From Sphingomonadaceae bacterium (lineage in GTDB: Bacteria; Pseudomonadota; Alphaproteobacteria; Sphingomonadales; Sphingomonadaceae), in NCBI GenBank assembly GCA_041675905.1, contig JBAYSX010000014.1:7485-71484 (forward strand): a stretch of 64,000 bases of DNA, written 5' to 3'. The notes under the pieces were generated by a model, which was given only the letters and a program-made list of their open reading frames with translations, made no database searches and was not told the DNA's origin. Of this stretch, positions 27,983 to 39,272 are shown in pieces. Each line of letters starts with the position of its first letter. Within the stretch, counting starts at the first letter, position 1. Made by a program: the position numbers and the translations under genes.

Positions 27983-28096
27983 ATTGACCTCTCTTCCTCC
28001 AGGCTCCGGCAGATTTTTTATCGGCAACACGCGCAGGAATCCGGCAACCCGCTTCCCGCCACGCTGACGCCAATTCGACATAAAGCCGACGCCGTA

Positions 28097-28110
28097 TTGA
28101 ATATTTTCAA
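28097..28110. promoter_or_regulatory. Candidate regulator site in the AT-rich promoter of the catabolic operon
   Basis: TTGAA-TATT-TTCAA dyad (contains T-N11-A), ~115 nt upstream of the TBDR start. Confidence 0.35.
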
Positions 28111-28443
28111 ATATTTATGTGAACGAAACTATGATGCAAACATTGTTGGTAGCAAACGAAATTACATCAATCATATGTTGCGTTTTGGGAAACGGTGGCC
28201 CGGAAATTCAGGAAAGTTCGCCTGCTGAGTGATGTCAGCGAAATGCGCTGCGGAAGCGGTACCCGACAGGCGCGACACCGCGTTTCCTTCCGACTTACAG
28301 TCCGAAATTCGATCCATTTGAAGAAGCGTAACCCGCCTCAAAACGACGCTACGCAGCGGAAGATCCGGCCATGAGCGTCACGGGATTCTATCGGCAAACC
28401 CGCAGGCACCTTTCAGCCCCTCTGAACTGTCATGGCAGGGCGA

Positions 28444-29226
28444 TCAGGCGCCCTGACCTGGCCAATAGAAGGCATCGTCGGTCGGGCGCGGGCCGAAGAT
28501 GGCCTGGCCGACGCGAACGGTATTTGCGCCTTCCTCGATGGCCGTCTCAAAGTCTCCTGACATTCCCATGGACAGTTCCGTTATGTCTGGATGCACGCCA
28601 GCCGCACGATCGCGCAGATCACGCAACAGCCGGAAGCATGTCCGCACGCGCTCCGTATCGGCGCTGAAGATCGCCAGCGTCATTAACCCGCGCGGTTTCA
28701 GGCGGGGATATTCCGGCAGGCGTTCCACGAACGGCCTCAGTTCGTCAGGATGCAGTCCATATTTGCTGGCCTCGCCGGACGTGTTCACCTGCACGAACAC
28801 ATCCAGATCGCGCCCCTGTGCGTCGAGGCGGCGGTTAAGTTCTTCTGCCAGGCGGAAGCTGTCGAGCGCGTGGAACTCCGCCGCGAAGCGGACAAGATAC
28901 TTCACCTTGTTGGTCTGGAGATGACCGATAATGCACCAGCGGATCGCCAGATCGGCGAGGGCTGCCTGTTTTTCCCGCGCTTCCTGCAGTTTGTTCTCGC
29001 CGAAATCGTGAATACCCGCGGCCAACGCATGGCGCAGGATATGGGCGGGAACCGTCTTGGTGACGGGCAGCAGCCGCACATCTTCGGGCTTGCGAGCGCT
29101 GCGAAGGCAGGCCGCTTCGATACGCTCCTGCACCATCCGCAGATTGGCGGCGAAACGACCGCCGGGGTCGTCGCCGAAACGGGTGATGTCTTCCGGCGAA
29201 AAACCGGTTGTCAATGGGTCGGTCAT
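28444..29226 (-). CDS. yggS: YggS/PLPBP pyridoxal-phosphate homeostasis protein
   Basis: VTKT (PLP Lys), FGENKLQE, GHLQTNK, LSMGMSGDF, VRVGQAIFG. Confidence 0.92.
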   Translation of the reverse strand: MTDPLTTGFSPEDITRFGDDPGGRFAANLRMVQERIEAACLRSARKPEDVRLLPVTKTVPAHILRHALAAGIHDFGENKLQEAREKQAALADLAIRWCIIGHLQTNKVKYLVRFAAEFHALDSFRLAEELNRRLDAQGRDLDVFVQVNTSGEASKYGLHPDELRPFVERLPEYPRLKPRGLMTLAIFSADTERVRTCFRLLRDLRDRAAGVHPDITELSMGMSGDFETAIEEGANTVRVGQAIFGPRPTDDAFYWPGQGA

Positions 29227-29244
29227 GTCTGTCTGGTTCCGCCT

Positions 29245-30147
29245 TCACCCTGCCGTACGCTTGTCCTCTTTGGTCAATGTCTCGAAACCGGCGATGATGT
29301 CGAGAAGTTCTTCCGTAATCGCCTGTTGGCGCCCCTGGTGATAATGGAGTGAAAGTTCACCCAGATGATTCTGGATGTTTTTTTCCGCCGCGTGCATGGA
29401 CGCGAGGCGGCTGGCGTTTTCGCTCGCCAGCGATTCCGCGAATGCGCGGTACAGTGCGACGAACAGATGCTGGCGGATCAGGGCTGACAGCAGCCGGCGC
29501 CAGTCCATCGTAAAGGTGGGCAAGGATGGCGAAACCCAGTCCCTTTTCGCCAGACTGGTGAGCCACGCGGGATCGAGCGGCAGGAGTTGCAGCGTCCGGG
29601 GCCGTGAGCCTGCGGGGGCAACGGGTCTGTGATGCACGAGGATAAACCGGTCGATGCCTTCCCGGAAACGCAACTCCTCGACCGCGAGCAGCACTTCATT
29701 CACCGCCGCAACGATGCCCGGGATGGAGCCGGGCATCAGGAATTTTCCGTTGATCGCGTATCCGGCGTCTTCCAGCCGGCCCACAGCCCGCGTACCGACG
29801 GCGAGCACCGTCCGGTCCTCCCGTGCTTCGCCCATGCCTTCCATTTTCTCCAGCGCGAATTCCGCCACCTGCTCGTTGAACGAGCCGCACATGCCCTGAT
29901 CGGAGCCGAAAATGATAACCCCGACATGCTGACCGGGACGGGTTTCCGCCGGAATCGCTTCGGGATGATTCCGCAGCACAATCTGCAACCCGGCCTCGAT
30001 GGTGCGATTATATTCTGTGAGAGATTCTACCGCTGTTTCATACTGGCGGACGCTGGCGGCGGCGAGCGCCTTCATCACGCGAACCACACCGTAAAGGTCT
30101 TCGGCGGTCTCGATGCGACGGCGCATCGCTTCGAGCGTTTGCGCCAT
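29245..30147 (-). CDS. atpG: N-type F-ATPase gamma subunit
   Basis: VVRVMKALAA, FGSDQGMCGSFN, ESLASENASRLASM, RQQAITEELLDIIAG. Confidence 0.93.
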   Translation of the reverse strand: MAQTLEAMRRRIETAEDLYGVVRVMKALAAASVRQYETAVESLTEYNRTIEAGLQIVLRNHPEAIPAETRPGQHVGVIIFGSDQGMCGSFNEQVAEFALEKMEGMGEAREDRTVLAVGTRAVGRLEDAGYAINGKFLMPGSIPGIVAAVNEVLLAVEELRFREGIDRFILVHHRPVAPAGSRPRTLQLLPLDPAWLTSLAKRDWVSPSLPTFTMDWRRLLSALIRQHLFVALYRAFAESLASENASRLASMHAAEKNIQNHLGELSLHYHQGRQQAITEELLDIIAGFETLTKEDKRTAG

Positions 30148-31694
30148 TACGCGGTTTCCCCGAACCCGGCGACCACGTCGCGAATGATGCGGATCAGTTC
30201 GGCCCGATCTTCTTCCGTCAGTTTCGCGCCGGATTCCATGCGCTGGCCGAGCACCGGCAGTTCTGCAGTAACCTTGCGGCGGATGGCCTGCTCGGCCTCC
30301 GCCACTTTTTCGACCGGGATCGTGTTCAACAGCCCTTCGCTGGCCGCGAGCAAAACAGCAACCTGTTCCGGCACCGGCAGCGGCTGGTACTGGAATTGCT
30401 GGAAAACCTCCCGCACCCGGCGCCCGCGTTCCAACGTGGCAAGAGACGCATCATCCAGACGCGTGCCAAACCGGGCAAAGACCTCCAGCTCCTCGAACTG
30501 GGCGTAGGACAGCCGCAGTTCGCCCGAAACCGAGCGATAGCAGGGCAGTTGGGCCTTGCCGCCGACACGCGATACGGACCTCCCGACATCGACGGCGGGC
30601 AGGGTGCCTTTGCGGAACAATTGCGGCGACAGGATAATCTGCCCGTCGGTGATGGAGATCAGGTTCGTCGGAATATAGGCGGAGATGTTCTGCGACTGGA
30701 TTTCGGCGATCGGCAACGCGGTCAGCGAGCCGCCGCCATATTCCTCCCGCAATTGCGTCGCGCGTTCCAGCAGCCGGGAATGGACATAGAAAATGTCGCC
30801 CGGATAGGCTTCCCGGCCCGGCGGGCGGCGCATCAGCAGGGAAAGTTCGCGATAGGCCCGCGCATGGCGTGTAAGGTCATCATAGACAATCAGGACATCC
30901 CGGCCCTGTTCCATGAAATATTCGGCGATCGTGGTGGCGGCATAGGGCGCGATATACTGCACCCCCGGAGCCTCATCGCCCGACGCCACAACAGCAATAC
31001 AGTAAGACATCGCATCGTGCCGCCGCAGCGACGAGAGGAACTCGGCTACCGCCGAACTCCGCTGGCCGATGCTGCAATAGACACAAAGCACATCCTTGCC
31101 GCGCTGGTTCAGAATGGTGTCCAGCGCGACGGCTGTCTTGCCTGTCTGGCGATCCCCAAGGATCAGTTCGCGCTGCCCGCGCCCGATGGGCAGCAGGGAG
31201 TCGATCACCTTCAGACCGGTTTGCAAGGGCCTGGTCACCGGTGCGCGGTGCAGGATCGGCGGAGCGGGTCGTTCGACCGGGCGACGCTCGCGCGAGCGAA
31301 CCGGGCCGCCCTGGTCGAGCGGCACGCCCAGCGCATCCACGACGCGCCCGATAACTTCCGGGCCGACCGGCACGTCCAGAATGCGGCCCGTGCGATGGGC
31401 AAAGCTGCCGGCGGACAGTTCATGATTCTGGCCGAGCAGGACCACGCCGACTTCATCCGGGTCGAGATTATAGGCCATGCCGAGTAGCCCGCCATGCAGG
31501 CTGATCAGTTCTTCGGCCTCAACCCCGGGCAGACCGCTAACCCGGGCAACGCCCGGACCAACCGAAATGACCCGGCCGATTTCTTTCGGGATCAGCGCTG
31601 TCTGCTGTGTCGCCGCCGCTTTCTCGATTGCCGCCAGCGCTTCCTCGGCGGAATCGCGCAAGGCTTCCTTATCGGGCTTACCGGGCGTCTGCAT
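30147..31694 (-). CDS. atpA: N-type F-ATPase alpha subunit
   Basis: ATG 31694; [44 protein letters not shown]. Confidence 0.95.
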   Translation of the reverse strand: MQTPGKPDKEALRDSAEEALAAIEKAAATQQTALIPKEIGRVISVGPGVARVSGLPGVEAEELISLHGGLLGMAYNLDPDEVGVVLLGQNHELSAGSFAHRTGRILDVPVGPEVIGRVVDALGVPLDQGGPVRSRERRPVERPAPPILHRAPVTRPLQTGLKVIDSLLPIGRGQRELILGDRQTGKTAVALDTILNQRGKDVLCVYCSIGQRSSAVAEFLSSLRRHDAMSYCIAVVASGDEAPGVQYIAPYAATTIAEYFMEQGRDVLIVYDDLTRHARAYRELSLLMRRPPGREAYPGDIFYVHSRLLERATQLREEYGGGSLTALPIAEIQSQNISAYIPTNLISITDGQIILSPQLFRKGTLPAVDVGRSVSRVGGKAQLPCYRSVSGELRLSYAQFEELEVFARFGTRLDDASLATLERGRRVREVFQQFQYQPLPVPEQVAVLLAASEGLLNTIPVEKVAEAEQAIRRKVTAELPVLGQRMESGAKLTEEDRAELIRIIRDVVAGFGETA

Positions 31695-32460
31695 GGTTCC
31701 TGCCACTCTCTTCCAGCTCCATGAAGACCCGCGCCCCCAGGCCCTCGAGGTAAGAATCCACATTCCATGCCAGCCGGTGCGAATGGGCGCGCAGTTCGAT
31801 ACCGCAAACCAGCTCCGGCACGGTGGTGAACCGGATATGGATGCTGTCATCGAGATACTGACGCAGGGATCGGGTCAATTCCTCCTGTGTCTGCTCGCGA
31901 ACCGGGAAGGCCGTGCGAACTTCAACGGGAATCTGCGAACCACGGACCGCCGCGACGATTTTCTCCCGCTCCGCCGGATCGAGCGTTCGCACCCGCTCGA
32001 CAAAGACCTTCATGATCTGTTCTTCAAGATCGGCGTCGGCCAGTTGCCTGAGGCCCTGACTGGCGAGTGCAAACACACTTTGGCCGAGGCGTTGACGGAA
32101 ATCGTGCAACAATCCCGCCCGTTCCCGTTCCTGCATTTCCAGCCATTTCCCCTGCGCCGTTTCGGTTTCCAGACGGGTCGCCTCCAGCAGTTGCTGACGG
32201 CGGGCTTCGACCTCTTCGCCCGCCTGCGCCAGCATCTGTTCACGCTGTTCCTCAAACTCCCGGTTCCGGGTGCGAAACAATTCCGCCTCCTGGTCCGCCG
32301 CCGCCTGCTGCTGCGCCGCTTCTTCCAGGCGGCCACGGATATTCGCCTCCCGCGTGTTCATCGCCTTGATGAGCCGGCCATAAAACAGATGCCGGAGCAG
32401 TGCGACAAGAACCAGGAAGTTGACGATCTGGGCAACGAGCGTGAACCAGTCCAGTTCCAC
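31678..32460 (-). CDS. atpF: N-type ATPase b subunit (long, b/delta-like)
   Basis: [20 protein letters not shown], a coiled coil, and C-terminal ELVCGIELR...AWN typical of N-ATPase AtpF; no separate atpH in the operon. Confidence 0.9.
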   Translation of the reverse strand: MELDWFTLVAQIVNFLVLVALLRHLFYGRLIKAMNTREANIRGRLEEAAQQQAAADQEAELFRTRNREFEEQREQMLAQAGEEVEARRQQLLEATRLETETAQGKWLEMQERERAGLLHDFRQRLGQSVFALASQGLRQLADADLEEQIMKVFVERVRTLDPAEREKIVAAVRGSQIPVEVRTAFPVREQTQEELTRSLRQYLDDSIHIRFTTVPELVCGIELRAHSHRLAWNVDSYLEGLGARVFMELEESGRNHADAR

Positions 32461-32461
32461 G

Positions 32462-32743
32462 CTATTGCGCCCCCGCGATGCTGGCGAAATGATTCCAGAA
32501 AGGATTGGCGAAAATCAGGATCATGGAAACAACAAAGCAATAGATCGCCGAAGATTCGATCATCGCGAGGCCGATAAACAGCGTACGGGAGATGGTGGGT
32601 GCGGCGTCGGGCTGTTGCGCCAGCGCGCCCATGGCGCGGGATACCGCCCAGCCTTCGCCAAGCGCGGTGATCGGTGCGCCGATGCCGACGGTTGCGCCCG
32701 CCATGATGATCGAGATCAAGCCGATCAACTCAAGGCTTTCCAT
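32462..32743 (-). CDS. atpE: N-type ATPase c subunit
   Basis: ATG 32743; ALGEG...AQQPDAA...LFIGLAMIESSAIY...FANPFW. Confidence 0.93.
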   Translation of the reverse strand: MESLELIGLISIIMAGATVGIGAPITALGEGWAVSRAMGALAQQPDAAPTISRTLFIGLAMIESSAIYCFVVSMILIFANPFWNHFASIAGAQ

Positions 32744-33452
32744 GAATCGTCTCCTCTGTGGTGTTGGATGTGCTGGCCGCCTGTTCCTCATGGGCACGGG
32801 TTGCGGAGGCAATGAAGACCAGGGCCAGAATGGAGAAAATGTAGGCCTGGATAACGCCGATCAACAAGCCGAGCGCATTCATGATGATGGGAAAGAATAA
32901 TGGCGCGATCACCAGCGCCACGGCGGCGATCATCGTGCCGCTCATCATATTGCCGAACAGGCGGATCGACAGCGAGATCGTCCGCGTGATTTCGCCTATC
33001 AGGTTGAATGGCATCATAAGGGGGCTGGGCTGAAAATAGGATTTCAGATACCCTCGAAACCCCTGCGACAGGATCCCGAAAATCGGCACAGCAACGAACA
33101 CGCACAGGGCAAGCGCAGAGGTGGTCGACAGCGAGCCGGTGGGCGGATGGAAGCCCGGCACGATCGACAGGACATTGGAGATAAAAATGAACAGGAACAA
33201 GGTGCCGATGAACGGCAGATAGCGGTCCGGATTGGTGCCGATCACCTCCCTGATCTGCCCCCTTATGCCTTCCAGCACGATTTCCAGCAGCAATTGACCG
33301 CGCGAGACCGACGCTTCCGTGGAAAGGTTGCGCGTGATCGCCCAGGAGCCGAGCACAAGGATCGCCATGACCAGCCAGGTGAACACCAGCGTGGCGTTGA
33401 TCGCGAACGGACCGATGTGCCCGTAGATGATCGCGTCGGGGGTGATATTCAC
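32730..33452 (-). CDS. atpB: F-ATPase a subunit
   Basis: GTG 33452; PPTGSLSTT, GEITRTISLSIRLFGNM (essential Arg), IQAYIFSILA. Confidence 0.93.
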   Translation of the reverse strand: MNITPDAIIYGHIGPFAINATLVFTWLVMAILVLGSWAITRNLSTEASVSRGQLLLEIVLEGIRGQIREVIGTNPDRYLPFIGTLFLFIFISNVLSIVPGFHPPTGSLSTTSALALCVFVAVPIFGILSQGFRGYLKSYFQPSPLMMPFNLIGEITRTISLSIRLFGNMMSGTMIAAVALVIAPLFFPIIMNALGLLIGVIQAYIFSILALVFIASATRAHEEQAASTSNTTEETIHGKP

Positions 33453-33760
33453 GGCTGCACGCCCCCCTTGTTCTCCGCCACGGCGGGCGCGCCTTCGGGG
33501 CGCAGCCGGTACGTCAGGATCTGGCGGGCAATGAGGAAGCCGCCAAGGCAGGCGAGCGCGCGCGGCCAGCTTCCGTCCATCACGAAATAGAAGCCGAGCA
33601 CCGTCAGGGCAAGACGCACGACCAGACTCGTGCCGAACAGCAGCGCCGGCCTGCGCGAAGTGGCCAGCCGCCGAACGGTCAGCCACAGACCACCAAAATA
33701 CAGCAGGCCGAGCCCCACACCTGCGACGAGGGCCAGAAGCAGCGTGACGACCCCGCTCAT
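33449..33760 (-). CDS. atpR: N-ATPase AtpR subunit
   Basis: GVGLGLLYFGGLWLTVRR...CLGGFLIAR; position between atpQ and atpB. Confidence 0.85.
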   Translation of the reverse strand: MSGVVTLLLALVAGVGLGLLYFGGLWLTVRRLATSRRPALLFGTSLVVRLALTVLGFYFVMDGSWPRALACLGGFLIARQILTYRLRPEGAPAVAENKGGVQP

Positions 33761-34095
33761 TTGTCGATTTCCTCTTCGTCTTCCCTGATGCTCCCGGCCT
33801 CCCGGCTCACCCAGTACCAGGCGTTAAGGCATCCCAGCGCTACCCCGCCCAAGAGCAGTGCCAGCGTCCAGGAAAAGTCTCCCGTCCACCGGCGGTCAAT
33901 CCACAGGCCGAGAAGCACGCCTATCACCGTCGGCACCGCCACCGACCATCCGACGACGCCAGCGGCGCTCACGCCGTGCCACAACGTCCGGTCGCGGTTT
34001 TTTCGCGCCTGTACCTTGCGCGATTCCCGGCTCCCGACCTTATCGCCCAGCCGGTGAGAAGGGGAGGCGGGCGGCAATTCATCCTGATCAGCCAT
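33757..34095 (-). CDS. atpQ: AtpQ/AtpZ (AtpI-like) protein
   Basis: GVVGWSVAVPTVIGVLLGLWID...GVALGCLNAWYWV; position after atpC. Confidence 0.85.
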   Translation of the reverse strand: MADQDELPPASPSHRLGDKVGSRESRKVQARKNRDRTLWHGVSAAGVVGWSVAVPTVIGVLLGLWIDRRWTGDFSWTLALLLGGVALGCLNAWYWVSREAGSIREDEEEIDK

Positions 34096-34098
34096 GTT

Positions 34099-34479
34099 TC
34101 ACGTGCCCCATTCCAGGACCTGATGCACCAGGCTCGCCTCCAGACGGCCCAGCGCAACCCGGGCCTGTTGTTCCTGTTCGCCCAGCTCGCTGAATTGTGT
34201 CAGCACCGCCCGGCGCAATTCCCCGAGCTTGCCCTGCAAGGCGTTCCAGGTCGAAACCATCACATGCCGGCCATGCTTCACCAGCACGCCTTCATCCACC
34301 GCGAGGAATGTCTCGTCGCCATCCGGAGCTGTGAGGACCATAATACCGGGGACCAGCGCCGCCACAAAATCGACATGGCGCGGCAACAGGCCGAAGGAGC
34401 CATTCTGTGCTTCAGCCACCAGCTTTGCCGCCTCTTGTTCCAGCAATATGCCGGATGGCAGGATGACTTTCACCATCAT
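34099..34479 (-). CDS. atpC: F-ATPase epsilon subunit
   Basis: NGSFGLLPRHVDFVAALVPG, FLAVDEGVLVK; start is ATG 34479 or GTG 34485. Confidence 0.88.
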   Translation of the reverse strand: MMVKVILPSGILLEQEAAKLVAEAQNGSFGLLPRHVDFVAALVPGIMVLTAPDGDETFLAVDEGVLVKHGRHVMVSTWNALQGKLGELRRAVLTQFSELGEQEQQARVALGRLEASLVHQVLEWGT

Positions 34480-34481
34480 GC

Positions 34482-35933
<1,452 letters not shown>

Positions 35934-35963
35934 TCACATGGCAACGGCGCGCCCGTCAAATTT

Positions 35964-35978
35964 TTGAGCCGACCTCAA
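35964..35978. promoter_or_regulatory. Dyad in the divergent atpD / phosphatase promoter region
   Basis: TTGAG-CCGAC-CTCAA perfect 5-bp arms. Confidence 0.3.
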
Positions 35979-36009
35979 ACTGCAACACTCCATGGTTATT
36001 CCCCGCGGC

Positions 36010-37185
36010 ATGATGAAAAATCTTCTTTCCTGCACGATTTCGATGCTTTTGCTGGCGACGGCCATAACGGTTCCTGCCGAGGCCGCCCACGCACAAGCTG
36101 CTATCGAAGCCCCGGCCCCGAAGCAGGCCAAAAACGTCATTCTGTTTGTTGCCGATGCAGCCGGCGTATCCGTTCTCCATGGTGCAAGCGTCATGGCCTA
36201 TGGCGAGCCGATGAAATTGCACATTCAGCAGTGGCCGCACCTTGGCTTGAGCGAGACATCGCCCGTCGACCGATATGTGTCGGATTCGGCCAACGGCATG
36301 TCCTCGATCATGACCGGCGTCAAAACACGCAACGGGGTGATCAGCCAGTCGCCGGATGCAGTACGCGGCGAGCGGGACGGCGCACCCATGAAGACACTGC
36401 TCGAATATGCCGAAGAGCGGGGTTTACGGACTGCCGTAATCTCGTCGCAATCTATCGCGGACGCCACGCCTGCCGCCGCCTATGCCCATGCGAATGATCG
36501 CCGCAAGTGGGGCGAGATTTTTCCCCAGGCCTTCAGCCCGCGCTTTGGCGACGGAGTGGACATCCTGTTCGGCGCCGGACGCCAGCGGATCGGCGAACAA
36601 CTGGTTGCCGCCGGCACAAGTTTCGACAAGCTGGGCAAGAAGCATCGGCGGCCGATCTATTCCAGGCTGGACGAAATACCCGCATCCAACGCGCGTCCTG
36701 TCGTCGTTGGCGACCAGATGGACGTTCACGCGGCAACCATCAAGGCGCTTGATTTACTGCAAAAATCCCCAAACGGATATTTTCTGGTCGTCGAATGGGA
36801 CGGACATACGGATGACGCCCGCAAAGGTCTGCAGCGCGTCGTCGATTTCGACAGGATGATTGCCGAGGTGGAAAGGCGCGTCGATCTGGATGAAACATTG
36901 TTGCTGTTCACCGCCGACCATAGTTTTGGCCTGCAGGTGGATGGCGGCGCGCGCGGCGACGATTTGCTGGCCGGATATGATGCGTGGAAAGCCAGCGGCA
37001 GCAAGGATGACCTGGTCCGTCTGGATCATGTGCTGGTCAATCGCACCCACACCGCTGAAGAAGTGCCGGCTTTGGCAACGGGCGCGGGCGCGGAACAGGT
37101 GCGCGGCTATTTCCCCAGTACTTATTTGTTCAATGTGATGCTGAATGCCTGGGGCTGGAAGCCGGACAACCCGACGGCCAATTGA
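36010..37185 (+). CDS. Alkaline phosphatase (PhoA superfamily), secreted
   Basis: Signal peptide; KNVILFVAD, SDSANG (catalytic Ser), ADATPAAAYAH, LFTADHS, THTAEEV. Confidence 0.85.
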   Translation: MMKNLLSCTISMLLLATAITVPAEAAHAQAAIEAPAPKQAKNVILFVADAAGVSVLHGASVMAYGEPMKLHIQQWPHLGLSETSPVDRYVSDSANGMSSIMTGVKTRNGVISQSPDAVRGERDGAPMKTLLEYAEERGLRTAVISSQSIADATPAAAYAHANDRRKWGEIFPQAFSPRFGDGVDILFGAGRQRIGEQLVAAGTSFDKLGKKHRRPIYSRLDEIPASNARPVVVGDQMDVHAATIKALDLLQKSPNGYFLVVEWDGHTDDARKGLQRVVDFDRMIAEVERRVDLDETLLLFTADHSFGLQVDGGARGDDLLAGYDAWKASGSKDDLVRLDHVLVNRTHTAEEVPALATGAGAEQVRGYFPSTYLFNVMLNAWGWKPDNPTAN

Positions 37186-37187
37186 TC

Positions 37188-37218
37188 GGTTTCCCGCGAT
37201 GTTTCATCGCGGGAAACC
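37188..37218. terminator. Probable bidirectional intrinsic terminator
   Basis: Perfect 14-bp stem GGTTTCCCGCGATG-TTT-CATCGCGGGAAACC between convergent genes, followed by TTTAT. Confidence 0.7.
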
Positions 37219-37229
37219 TTTATAACGGC

Positions 37230-37793
37230 TTAATTAGCCCGGCCCGGCTCGATTTCGCCCCGCAAGCTGGCGTCCGAAATGTCCTTTACTGCCCGATATG
37301 CTGTCGGGTTTTCGTCGAACCACGCATCCGCCACTGGCTGCGTCCGGCACCAGTCGTTCACCATCCGCCGGTGGGCAATCTTCCAGACATTGTCGCGCCG
37401 TTCAAAGCGATCGAGATAACGGCCCGCGAGAATCATTTCGGTCCCCGCTTCCGGCCACTTGATTTCCGTCCGTTCCGTACCCGGGCCCCCGGCAAAACGG
37501 TGATAGGCCTGGAAATAGGATTCGCCGAACGCCGTATCGCCGTCGATATCCAGCAGGATATTCAGCACACAATGCTGGGTGACGACAAAGGCTGGCAACA
37601 CCTTCATGGTCCAGCCAATCCATTCATGGGCATTGCCGACAAACAGTCCCGGGCCGCGATCTTCGATGGCGTCTTCATGATAGATGCGTCGCAGGGTCGC
37701 CTCGTCGGCCCGATCCAGCCCCCGGCAATACAGGTAGATCAGATCGGTTATCTCTTGCCTGTCCACCAAACGTTGAAGATTCCAGTCCTCCAT
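37230..37793 (-). CDS. SnoaL-like / NTF2 family protein
   Basis: ATG 37793 with GGAGGAG RBS; LVDRQEITDLIYLYCRGLDRAD, TQHCVLN, LAGRYLDRFERRDNVWKIAHR. Confidence 0.85.
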   Translation of the reverse strand: MEDWNLQRLVDRQEITDLIYLYCRGLDRADEATLRRIYHEDAIEDRGPGLFVGNAHEWIGWTMKVLPAFVVTQHCVLNILLDIDGDTAFGESYFQAYHRFAGGPGTERTEIKWPEAGTEMILAGRYLDRFERRDNVWKIAHRRMVNDWCRTQPVADAWFDENPTAYRAVKDISDASLRGEIEPGRAN

Positions 37794-37920
37794 CAGCGCT
37801 CCTCCTTCGCTATATAACGGCCCACCGGGGCACCATGATATCGGGACGTGCTTTCCTAGCAGGCCGGGGGTATCCGGTGTTCCTGTGAGATTGGATAGCC
37901 CCGGACCGAAAGAATCCACC

Positions 37921-39195
37921 ATGACAGACACCATTTATGCCCTATCGTCCGGTCAGGTTCCCGCCGGCGTGGCGGTAATTCGCCTCTCCGGGCCCGGGGC
38001 GTTTCCCGCGCTTTCGACCATCACAAACCGGCAAGAATTACCCCCGCCCCGCACCGCCATGCTGCGCAGCATTTACAAAAATGCTGCGCAGCAAGTTATT
38101 GATCGCGCGCTAATTATTATTTTTCCGGGACCACGGAGTTTTACAGGCGAGGATGTGGTGGAAATCCACTGTCATGGCAGTCCAGCGGTCGTTATTGCAG
38201 TGCAGCAATTGTTGGGGAGCCTGGACGGCCTGCGCCCGGCCGAACCGGGCGAGTTTACCCGGCGGGCATTCGAAACCGGGCGGATAGATTTGACCCAGGC
38301 GGAGGCGCTTTCCGATCTGCTCGCCGCCGAAACAGAAGCACAACGCGATCAGGCCATCAGCAATGCCGGCGGGCGTCTTCGGGAACAGGCCGATACTTGG
38401 CGCGAGCGGATTATCGCGTTAATGGCGGATGTGGAGGCCGATCTCGACTTCTCCGATGAGGGCGATGTGGAGACCGCGCGTGATCGTCCGGACCTTGATG
38501 ACCTGGTACGAGAGATTGAACAGGCCCTGGCGTCTGCACCCATTGGGGAGCGCATCCGTAGTGGCCTGACGATTGCCATCATCGGCCCGCCCAATAGCGG
38601 CAAATCCAGCCTGGTGAATATCCTGTCGCGCCGGGACGTCGCTATTGTAACACCCCATGCCGGAACAACGCGCGACATAATCGAAGTGCGCCTCGACCTT
38701 GGCGGCATCCCGGCAACACTTCTCGACACGGCAGGTTTACGAGAAACCAGTGATCCGATTGAGCGGGAGGGAATTGCGCGCGGCCGCGCGCGAGCCGCCG
38801 AAGCCGACCTGATCCTCGACATGGGGGACACCGGGGGAGACCTGAAAATTATCAACAAGATTGATCTTTCGGGCGAAAGGCCCGGCATTCGTGGAGACGC
38901 AGCCTGGATTTCCGCGACAACCGGCGCGGGCTTGCCAGAACTCGAACAATGGCTCATCGACCGCGCGCAGCAGCATATTCCCGAGGGCGAGCCGCCCCTC
39001 GTCAGCCACGCGCGTCAGGCGCACTGGCTGGCGGAGACATTGAAAGCACTCCGGGAGGCACGGCTGGAAGAGGATATTGTGCTGCGCGCCGAGGCACTGC
39101 GCAAAGCCGGACATGCCCTCGGACGGCTGACGGGCCGGATTGACCCTGAGTCCGTGCTCGACATGGTATTTTCGCGCTTCTGCATCGGAAAATAA
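37921..39195 (+). CDS. mnmE: tRNA modification GTPase MnmE (TrmE)
   Basis: DTIYALSSG, SFTGEDVVE, GPPNSGKSS, GTTRD, DTAG, NKID, C-terminal FCIGK. Confidence 0.97.
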   Translation: MTDTIYALSSGQVPAGVAVIRLSGPGAFPALSTITNRQELPPPRTAMLRSIYKNAAQQVIDRALIIIFPGPRSFTGEDVVEIHCHGSPAVVIAVQQLLGSLDGLRPAEPGEFTRRAFETGRIDLTQAEALSDLLAAETEAQRDQAISNAGGRLREQADTWRERIIALMADVEADLDFSDEGDVETARDRPDLDDLVREIEQALASAPIGERIRSGLTIAIIGPPNSGKSSLVNILSRRDVAIVTPHAGTTRDIIEVRLDLGGIPATLLDTAGLRETSDPIEREGIARGRARAAEADLILDMGDTGGDLKIINKIDLSGERPGIRGDAAWISATTGAGLPELEQWLIDRAQQHIPEGEPPLVSHARQAHWLAETLKALREARLEEDIVLRAEALRKAGHALGRLTGRIDPESVLDMVFSRFCIGK

Positions 39196-39211
39196 TGTTC
39201 CACGTGGAACA
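39196..39211. other. parS centromere site 1
   Basis: Perfect palindrome TGTTCCACGTGGAACA immediately after the mnmE stop; fits the ParB parS consensus. Confidence 0.88.
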
Positions 39212-39272
39212 TCGCCGGGATGACCGCTGAACTACGATTGTGCCGCCAATCATTTTCCGCTATGGCGCGCAG

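Noticed and set aside
28200-28440. Possible transposon end or island boundary between the catabolic operon and yggS
   Set aside because: No terminal inverted-repeat pair, target duplication or transposase fragment could be identified.
34095-34110. parS-like TGTTTCACGTGCCCCA at the atpC/atpQ junction
   Set aside because: Three mismatches in one arm destroy the palindrome; at most a weak half-site.
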